From contig JANWKT010000007.1 in assembly GCA_025451235.1 (NCBI GenBank), forward strand, positions 249,511 through 313,510: 64,000 nucleotides of DNA, read 5' to 3'. This stretch comes from Flavobacteriales bacterium (GTDB lineage Bacteria > Bacteroidota > Bacteroidia > CAIKAF01). The notes under the pieces are model-generated. The model searched no databases. It was not told where the DNA came from and saw nothing but the letters and a program-made list of their open reading frames with translations. Of the stretch, positions 7,960-17,100 are shown in pieces; within the stretch, counting starts at the first letter, position 1; every line of letters starts with the position of its first letter. Both the position numbers and the translations under genes were made by a program.

Positions 7960-10338
7960 ATGAAAAAAATTCTACTCTTTTTAGGTACCACCTGTTGGAT
8001 GAGCATTGCTCTTGTTTCTGCTCAGACCATCGTTGTACAACCTTATTTACAAGATGCAGAACCCACTAGCATGGTGATCATGTGGGAAACGGATAACAAT
8101 GATTCCTCCGCAGTAGAATATGGTACCACTCCCTCCCTGGGATCCATACTGGGTGGAACAGCAGTAACTGGAAATGGTACAAGCCGAATACATACAGTAC
8201 CTTTAATGGGACTTACACCCGCTACCAGGTATTATTATAAGGCAGTTACCGGTACAGTAGAATCGGCCATTTATGAATTCAATACCCCTGCCCTTCAATC
8301 CGCGGAAACAACTACAGGCATTGTAGCCATGAGTGATATGCAACAAGACTTATCGCATCCCACAAAGTTCTTCGAAGTAATACATGATGGTGTATTACAA
8401 TACATGACAGATAGTGTAGCAGGTGACCTTCCGGATAATTTGCAAATGGTGATTATGCCTGGTGACCTGGTTGACAATGGAACTGTTTATGCCCAATGGG
8501 AACAAACTTACTTTGATCCTGCCGCAGATCTCTTTTCATATGTGCCTGCTTATCCTGTCATCGGAAATCATGAACAGAACAATGCCAGTTATTTTAAATA
8601 CCATACACTTCCCGCAAATGGTACAGGAGGTCTGGAAGAACACTGGTGGTACAAAGACCATTCGAATGTGAGAATTATCGGTTTGAACTCAAATACTCCA
8701 TTTACTTTATTAGGACAACTTCCCTGGTTGGATGGTGTGCTGGCCGATGCAGCCGCAGATCCGGATATCGATTTTGTATTTGCGCAAATGCACCATCCTT
8801 TTCATTCAGAATTATGGATCGCAGGGAATACAAATTTTACCGGTGATGTAATTACAAGGCTGGAAAATTTTTCTACCTCTACAGGAAAACCAAGTATCCA
8901 TTTTTTCGGTCATACCCATGCCTATTCTCATGGTAACTCCAGGGACCATAATCACTTGATGGTAAATGTAGCCAGTGCTGGTGGAGCTATTGATAACTGG
9001 GGTGAATTTGCCCAGCAGGATTATCCCGAATACCTCATCAGCAGCGATACATACGGATGGGTATATGTTACCGTTCAAGCAGGTGCTAATCCTCAGTTTA
9101 CGGTTAAACGTTATAGCATAGGTGACCAAGATACCATTCATCCCAATTTATTGGAAGATATAGTAACCATCAAAAAGAACAACAATAATCCGGTTACACC
9201 GGTTGGATTATTCCCTGATGTTAATGATGTTGTTATACCAGAATGTTTAATACTCAAAGGGAATGATTTTTTAGATCCTGACAATGATGCTTTCGGAGCA
9301 GCGCGATGGCAGGTTACTACCAGCTGTGGTGATTTTTCTAATCCTGTTATTGATTCATGGAAACAATTTGAGAATTGGTATTTCGATGTCGATCTTCAGG
9401 CAACGGATGACCTTACAGATGAAATGGTAACCACTCTTTCCCCGAATACTAACTATTGCTGGAGGGTAAAATACCGTGATAAAAGTTTAGCATGGAGCGA
9501 TTGGAGTACTCCCATTCCATTTTCTACCGGGCCTAGCAGTGAAACCGCCAACCTGCTTACCAACAACGGTGCTGAAAACGGAACCACCGGTTGGACTGCC
9601 ACAGCAGGCGTTTTAGAGGCATTAACCGCTGGCCAGTGTGCAGGTACCAATCCTTACGCAGGTACCCAATATTTCGCGGTGGGAGCATTATGTGTAGAAA
9701 ATGCATTTGGTTCAGCTGAACAAATAGTAGACGTTACCACCTATAGCACACAAATTGATCAGGGAACAGTAACCGCAAAATTTGGAGGATACTTAAGTGA
9801 CTATAATGGTTCGGATATACCTGCATTTGCCGTTCAGTTTTTTGATGGAAGCAGCGCGTTGCTGGCAAGTTCTGATACAACTACAGATATGAATGGAACA
9901 TGGACCTTGAAACAAAATTCATGGGCTGTGCCTGCGGGGACCAGAAGTATCAAATACATCATGATGGGAACAAGAACTTCCGGAACCGACAATGATAGCT
10001 ACCTGGATGAATTATACCTTCGTTTAAATCTCATTGGAGATTCGTGCAGCCAGTACGATAGTTTAACCAGTGGAATAGAACCGAGTACAGAAACGCTGCA
10101 ACTGGAAGTATATCCAAATCCGGTCACTACTTCGGCTATTGTAAATATTCCCCATACGGATGGTGAACATTTAATTGCTAAACTCTTCAATTCATCTGGT
10201 CAGCTGGTAAAAGAAATGCACCATATCCACGGGCCCACATTTACTATCAACCGGGGTGAAATAGCTACCGGCATGTACTTCCTGGTGATCTATCAAGATG
10301 GGAAGGTCATTGGTCATGCCAAAGTGATCATGAAATAG
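7960..10338 (+). CDS. Secreted purple-acid-phosphatase-like metallophosphoesterase with extra FN3/jelly-roll modules and a type A T9SS CTD
   Basis: PAP N-terminal FN3-like MVIMWETDNNDSSAVEYGTT...TRYYYKAV. Metallophosphoesterase motifs GDLVDNG, GNHE, MHHP and GHTHAYSHG. C-terminus LEVYPNPVTTSAIVNI...GMYFLVIY. The ORF track begins at TTG 7924; ATG 7960 gives the signal peptide MKKILLFLGTTCWMSIALVSAQ. Confidence 0.85.
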   Translation: MKKILLFLGTTCWMSIALVSAQTIVVQPYLQDAEPTSMVIMWETDNNDSSAVEYGTTPSLGSILGGTAVTGNGTSRIHTVPLMGLTPATRYYYKAVTGTVESAIYEFNTPALQSAETTTGIVAMSDMQQDLSHPTKFFEVIHDGVLQYMTDSVAGDLPDNLQMVIMPGDLVDNGTVYAQWEQTYFDPAADLFSYVPAYPVIGNHEQNNASYFKYHTLPANGTGGLEEHWWYKDHSNVRIIGLNSNTPFTLLGQLPWLDGVLADAAADPDIDFVFAQMHHPFHSELWIAGNTNFTGDVITRLENFSTSTGKPSIHFFGHTHAYSHGNSRDHNHLMVNVASAGGAIDNWGEFAQQDYPEYLISSDTYGWVYVTVQAGANPQFTVKRYSIGDQDTIHPNLLEDIVTIKKNNNNPVTPVGLFPDVNDVVIPECLILKGNDFLDPDNDAFGAARWQVTTSCGDFSNPVIDSWKQFENWYFDVDLQATDDLTDEMVTTLSPNTNYCWRVKYRDKSLAWSDWSTPIPFSTGPSSETANLLTNNGAENGTTGWTATAGVLEALTAGQCAGTNPYAGTQYFAVGALCVENAFGSAEQIVDVTTYSTQIDQGTVTAKFGGYLSDYNGSDIPAFAVQFFDGSSALLASSDTTTDMNGTWTLKQNSWAVPAGTRSIKYIMMGTRTSGTDNDSYLDELYLRLNLIGDSCSQYDSLTSGIEPSTETLQLEVYPNPVTTSAIVNIPHTDGEHLIAKLFNSSGQLVKEMHHIHGPTFTINRGEIATGMYFLVIYQDGKVIGHAKVIMK

Positions 10339-10606
10339 TTTTTTTAGGACGCCTTCGCTGCGTTTCGGACTCGCTATCGCTCGGCCCTTTGCCAATATGC
10401 AAAGGGGCTTCCCCTTCACATCGCTGGCGCGGTTGGTGCTTCGCTGGCACAAACTGTTTCAAATGGGCTACCTACCTAAGCATTAAATTTTCCTAAATGT
10501 AACATCTATCTAAAACCAATCGCCTAATTTTAAACCAAGTTCAAACCAAGGCTACTTTGGCATGGGTATTGAATTCATATAAACAAACAATTAAATACTT
10601 AACACT

Positions 10607-11050
10607 ATGAAGCATCTATTTTTATTTCTACTTGCAGTCACTTTAGGCTCCACCACTCATGCACAAATAGCCTTTAACACGGGCAGCGTTGAGTTTGATG
10701 CTGATTTGAATATTATCAACACCAATGCCAATGCTGATATCTCCGCTTTCAAATCGGATATGAGTATATCATTTGGGGTATCTATCGGCACCGTTGAAAG
10801 TATGTTATCCATGAACATGGTTCCAGGTGAGGTTTACCTGGCATTAGAGATCGGAAGCGTTACTCGTAAACCCGTTGAGGATGTGTTGGTAGTTTATAGA
10901 ACACATAAAGGTAAAGGATGGGGAGTAATTGCCCAGGAACTAGGTATAAAACCAGGCTCCGACGAATTCCATGCATTAAAAGGTAAATGCAAAGCCAAAA
11001 AAGATAAAGGGAATAAGGGTAATGGAAACGGTAAAGGAAAAAACAAATAA
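10607..11050 (+). CDS. Small secreted protein with Lys/Gly/Asn-rich C-terminal tail, function unknown
   Basis: 147 aa. Signal peptide MKHLFLFLLAVTLGSTTHAQ. Tail is KAKKDKGNKGNGNGKGKNK. A terminator follows. Confidence 0.65.
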   Translation: MKHLFLFLLAVTLGSTTHAQIAFNTGSVEFDADLNIINTNANADISAFKSDMSISFGVSIGTVESMLSMNMVPGEVYLALEIGSVTRKPVEDVLVVYRTHKGKGWGVIAQELGIKPGSDEFHALKGKCKAKKDKGNKGNGNGKGKNK

Positions 11051-11064
11051 CCAAAAGATATTAT

Positions 11065-11099
11065 AAAAAAAGCCTGGCGAGATCGTCAGGCTTTTTTTT
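11065..11099. terminator. Bidirectional intrinsic terminator between convergent genes
   Basis: AAAAAA-AGCCTG-(9 nt)-CAGGCT-TTTTTTTT. The hairpin is at 11071-11091, flanked by an A-run and a T-run. Confidence 0.75.
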
Positions 11100-11111
11100 A
11101 TGTAGATGGGA

Positions 11112-14100
11112 TTATTTCTTCACCACTTTTACCGAATGGGCATCCCTGTTGATGTAAATAACCAAGGTATAAGTGCCCACTGCAAAGGTGGATAAATCTA
11201 CTTCATAAGCATCTATTTCTGAAGTAGCAATGTCATTTTTCTGCACAACCAATTGCCCTATGCTGTTATAAACCCGGAGATGGTAATATGCTGCATGCTC
11301 ATTGGATACAACCACGTTAAACACTCCATCATTCGGATTTGGGTATACATTGATAAAGCCATAAGCTTCGCTTCCGTCAATACCGGTAGTATTTACATAG
11401 TTAAAGTCGGAGGAAGTAGACGTACATCCATTACCATCTGTGATCACGACCGAATAATCAGCCGTAATGCTGGCAATATAAGTAGGGTTGATCTCCCCGC
11501 TAATAATGCTTCCGTTCATATACCATTGGTAATTGAATCCTGAAGATGGATTGGCCATTAACGTATCTCCATTCGCAGAGATCGTTGGCGTAACCGGTGC
11601 TGGATTTACCACTGCATTTACAGTAGCCGTGGCAGAACATCCATTGGCATCAGTTACGGTAACCGTATAAACACCGGCATCGGCTGGTGTGGCCGGATTG
11701 ATGACTGGATTTTGCGTATCATTCAACACAAAACTATTGGGCCCGATCCAATCAAAATCAATTCCTCCTGTTCCTGTAAGATCCAGTGAGCTTCCTTCAC
11801 AAACAGGGCTATTACTATTAGCCACAGGTGTTGGCAACGCATTGATCACAACAGTTACAGTAGAGGTTCCCGAACAACCCAGGTTAGTTGCCGTAACCGT
11901 GTAGGTTCCTGCATTTACAAAACTGGCACCGGTAATCGTTGGATTTTGTGTATTGGAAATATAAGAATTAGGACCTGACCAATCATAGGTAGCACCCCCC
12001 ACATTCGTAACAGAAAGAAGCAGGTCGCTTCCATCACAAACAGGACTATTACTGCCCGCTGTTATGGTAAGATTGCTATTGATCACTACTAAGGTAGAAG
12101 CCGTATTGCTGCAACCATTGCCATCAGTAACAGTTACCGTATAGGTTCCAGCATTGATGGTAGTTACTCCTGGAATACTTGGATTCTGTGTATTATTTTG
12201 CACATAACTATTAGGTCCCATCCAATCATAGTCTGTTCCACCACCCGAAGTTAAATTCAATGTTTGTCCATCACAAAGCGGTGAATTGCTGTTAGCGGTT
12301 GCGTTCGGCAATGTGTTCACCGTAACGGTGGTAGTAGCAGTTGCTGTACAACCGTTCAATGCAGTTCCGGTAACCGTATACGTATTTGTAATAGCAGGTA
12401 TAAAGGGAACTCCATCGGTAACGCCATTGTTCCAGCTATAGCTATTTGCACCACTGCCGGAGAATACCACGCTCTGACCTTGACATACCGTATTCAGAGA
12501 TACGTTTGCTCCAACGGATGGAACAGTATTCACAGCAATGGTGGTGGTGGCAGATGCCGTACATCCTCCCGGTAAAGTAACAGTAACCGTATATACTCCT
12601 GCCATAGATAACACCGCTCCACCCAGGGAAGGGTTTTGGTTGGTATCACTAAAACCTGAAGGTCCACTCCAGGAATAAGTACCTCCACCGGTAGCATTCA
12701 ATTGAACTGCCGCACCTTCACAATAAGGACCGGTGTTGGATGCATTGGCAGTGGGTGTGGTATTTACGGTCACCGAAGTGGTCGAAGCAGAAGTACATCC
12801 TGCAACATTCGTAACGGTTACTGTATATATTCCTGTCATTCCTGGTGTAGAAGGTCCAATGGTTGGATTGGCAGTTCCATTTGAATAAGATAACGGACCC
12901 GACCAGGAGGGTGTTCCTACTCCTGTGGAATTTAATTGTATGGTTGCACCTGAACAATAAGGACCTGTATTGGATGCTGTGGCAACAGGATTTGCATTTA
13001 CTGTAACTGTGGTCGAGGAAGTGGAAGTACATCCTGCCCCATTGGTCACGGTTACTGTATAGTTTCCGGTCATTCCAACGGTTGAACCTGGGATACTTGG
13101 GTTCTGCATATTGTTCTGTGTATAACTTGGACCTGACCAATCATCCGTTCCAGATCCTCCAACAGAATTGAGTTGTATAGTTGCACCTTCACAATATGGA
13201 CCTGTATTCGTGGCATTCGCAATTGGATTAGCATTTACGGTAACTGCAGTGGATGAAGTGGAAGTACATCCAAACCCATTGGTTAAGGTTACCGTATAAT
13301 TTCCAGTCATGGCTGGGGTAGAACCTGCAATGCTTGGGTTCTGCATATTGTTCTGCGTATAACTTGGACCTGACCAATCATCTGTTCCGGATCCTCCCAC
13401 AGAATTGAGCTGTATAGTTGCACCTGCACAATAAGGACCTGTATTGGTAGCATTGGCTGTTGGGGATGGATTCACGGTTACCGCGGTAGATGAAGTAGAG
13501 GTACATCCAAATCCATTGGTAACGGTTACTGTATAATTTCCAGTCATGGCGGTAGTTGAACCAACAATACTTGGATTTTGCACATTGTTCTGCGTATAAC
13601 TTGGTCCTGACCAATCATCCGAGGCTGAACCTCCTACTGAGCTCAATAGAATGGTTGCACCGGCACAATATGGACCCGTGTTGGTAGCATTCGCGGTAGG
13701 TGTTGGATTGACTACTACTGCTGTTGTAGATGAAGCCGTACAGCCTCCTCCTAAGGTAACCGTAACGGTATAGGTTCCACCCATACCTGCGGTAGCCGGA
13801 CCTAGTGTTGGATTTTGTGTTCCATTACTATAAGTCAGCGGACCGGCCCATGAATACGTACCTCCACCGGTTGAATTCAATTGTATAGTTCCACCAACAC
13901 AATACGGACCGGTATTCGATGCGGTTGCAGTAGGAGTTGTATTTACGGTGACCAATGTAGAAGAAGCAGAAGTACATCCCGCTGCATTGGTTACGGTTAC
14001 TGTATAATTACCCGACATAGCTAAAGTAGCTCCTGAAATGCTCGGGTTCTGCATATCGTTTTGCGTATAACTTGGTCCAGCCCAATCATCCGTAGCTGAT

Positions 14101-17100
14101 CCTCCCACTGAATTCAATTGAATAGTTCCTCCTACACAATATGGACCTGTATTTGTAGCATTCGCCGTTGGATTAGCGTTTACCACCACATTGGTGGAAG
14201 CAACTCCTATACAGCCATTCACATCAGTAACAGTTAATGTATATAATCCTGACATGGCAACAGTAGATCCAGGGATCGTCGGATTCTGCATATTGTTCTG
14301 GGTATAACTCGGACCTGCCCAATCATCTGATGCTGATCCTCCAATGGAGTTCAATTGAATACTGGCACCTGCACAATAAGGACCGGTATTGGTGGGATTC
14401 GCAGTTGGATTAGCATTTACCACCACGGCTGTAGTGGATGAAGCAGTACAGCTTCCACCTAAGGTCACCGTTACTGTATAGGTTCCTCCCATCACAAGCG
14501 ATGCACCCCCAATACTTGGGTTTTGTGTTCCATTGCTATAACTTGAAGGACCTGCCCATGAATATGTACCTCCTCCAGTTGAATTCAATTGGATGGTTCC
14601 ACCAACACAGTATGGACCCGTATTCGTCGCCGTAGCTACCGGTGTTGTATTCACCGTTACTAAAGTTGAGGAGGTAGACGTACATCCTGCAGCGTTCGTT
14701 AAGGTTACTGTATAATTACCTGTCATTGCCAAGGTGGCTCCTGGAATGCTCGGATTTTGCAAATTGTTCTGTGTATAGCTTGGTCCCGCCCAATCATCTG
14801 TGGCCGAACCTCCTACTGAATTCAGTTGAATCGTTGATCCAACACAATAAGGACCTGTATTGGTGGCATTCGCAATTGGATTAGCATTTACCACTACGTT
14901 GGTAGAAGAGGCGGAGGTACATCCCGCTGCATTCGTAACGGTTACGGTATATAATCCACTCATGCCAACCGTTGATCCCGTGATCGTAGGATTTTGAGTA
15001 TTCGGAGCACTATAAGTCAATGGTCCGCTCCAATCATCTGTGGCTGTACCACCTACAGAATTCAATTGAATGGTTGCTCCAGCACAATAAGGACCTCCGT
15101 TGGTTGCATTCGCAGTTGGATTAGCATTTACCACCACATTGGTACTGGAGGCAGAAGTACATCCAGCCGCGTTGGTTACAGTTACTGTATAGTTTCCGGC
15201 CATAGCTAAGGTAGCTCCCGGTCTTGTTGGATTTTGTGTATTGGGTTGGGTATAACTTGGACCCGCCCAATCGTCGGTACCAGAACCTCCAACAGAATTC
15301 AATTGGATGGTGGCTCCTGCACAATAGGGACCTCCGTTCGTAGCATTCGCAGTTGGATTAGCATTTACCACCACGTTGGTAGACGAGGCGGATGTACAAC
15401 CGGCAGCATTCGTTACGGTTACCGTATAAAACCCACTCATCGCAACCGTTGATCCAGTGATTGTTGGATTTTGGGTATTGCTTTGGGTATAACTGGGTCC
15501 AGCCCAATCATCCGTACCTGAACCACCCACAGAATTTAATTGGATCGTTGCACCGGCACAATAAGGACCTGTGTTGGTAGCATTCGCAGTTGGATTAGCA
15601 TTTACTACCACATTGGTACTGGAAGTAGAAGTACATCCAGCCGCATTGGTAACAGTTACTGTATAGTTTCCGGCCATGGCCAAGGTAGCTCCCGGTCGGG
15701 TTGGGTTTTGTGTGTTAGGTTGAGTATAACTGGGTCCGGCCCAATCGTCCGAAGCTGACCCTCCAAGAGAATTTAATTGGATGGTTGCTCCTACACAATA
15801 AGGACCTCCATTGGTAGCATTCGCAGTTGGGTTAGCATTTACAACCACCGCAGTAGAAGAGGTAGAAGTACAGCCAAATCCATTGGTCACAGTCACGGTA
15901 TAATTTCCGGCCATGGCCAACGTTGCTCCTGCAATCGTTGGATTCTGAGTATTGTTTTGGGTATAACTAGGTCCTGCCCAATCATCTGTGGCCGAACCTC
16001 CCACCGAATTCAATTGGATCGTTGCTCCTGCACAATAAGGACCACCATTGGTAGCATTCGCGGTTGGTTGAGGATTAACCACTACATTGGTGGTAGAGGT
16101 AGTTGTACAACCTGCCGCATTGGTAATCGTTACTGTATAAAATCCACCCATGGCGACCGTTGCTCCCGGCCGGGTTGGATTCTGCACGTTGTTCTGTGTA
16201 TAAGATGCTGGGCCGATCCAATCATAATCAGTGGCTCCTGCGGTTGCATTCAATTGAATGGTGGCTCCTGGACAATAAGGTCCTCCATTGGAAGCAGTTT
16301 GCGTAGGTAAAGTATTTACCGTAACAATCGTTGTACTGGTTGTTGTACATCCTGCTGCATTTGTAATGGTGCAGGTATAAGTACCTGCCATTGCCACCGT
16401 CGCACTTCCAATAGCTGGATTCTGCGTATTGTTCATCACGTAACTATTGGGGCCTGTCCAGTCATAATCCGTTGCTCCTGCAGTTGCATTTAATTGGATC
16501 GTTCCACCAACACAAAAAGGGCCGGTATTGGAAGCCGTATTGGTTGGTAAAGCATTTACAGTGATGGTTTGAGTACTCGTACTGCTTCCATTGGCATTGA
16601 TAGCTGTTAAAGTGGTTGTATAGGTTCCGGCAGTATTATAGGTAACGTTGATAGGGCTAGTACTTCCTGAGACTGGTGTACCACCGGGAAAAGACCAGTT
16701 AAAAGAAGTTGCTCCTGATGACGTATTCGTATATGTGATAGTCTGTCCGGCACAAATCGTATTTCCACTGGTCGTAAAGGAAGCTGCGGGAGGAGCACCG
16801 CCAGAACCTGTTAGGTTCACATTGTCTACCCATATTACCTGACCATATCTTCCATGATTTCGGAAAGCAAATCCTACATCCGGCAAACCGGCATAAGCGC
16901 TTACATTCACATTTTCCGTTCTCCATTGAGCAGGAGTTGGAATAAAAACAGTGGTGGTATTATCCGGAGCCGTGCTAAGTGTGGTTCCCCCCTTGATCCA
17001 AACCTGTGTCCAGCTGGATCCGCAGTTGGTAGTTGCCCAAACGGATAAAGTATCGCTATAGGTGGCATCATACCGGGCATACGCCACATCAAAAGTAAGG

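Noticed and set aside
10192-10452. 86-aa minus-strand ORF over the GC-rich block. Similar ORFs occur at 19960-20175, 40361-40567 and 45319-45519.
   Set aside because: Each spans hairpin-rich intergenic sequence, lacks a signal or domain pattern, and overlaps terminators or the ends of real genes. They are most likely open frames created by GC-rich palindromic DNA.
12702-16310. Many plus-strand ORFs (for example 12702-12884, 14994-15209, 15234-15452, 15540-15758, 15777-16310) and out-of-frame minus-strand ORFs inside the giant gene
   Set aside because: They lie entirely within a strongly supported 8.8-kb ORF. They recur with the 237-nt period of the repeat array, so the same open antisense frame is copied each time. 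They encode low-complexity R/S/I/G-rich peptides with no start context. They are artefacts of the repeat.
11607-16556. Regular 237-nt periodic repeats that could be mistaken for a CRISPR-like or satellite array
   Set aside because: The units are contiguous with no unique spacers. They are in-frame and protein-coding (Ig-like domains with conserved Cys/Gly/Trp) and far longer than CRISPR repeats. No cas genes are present.
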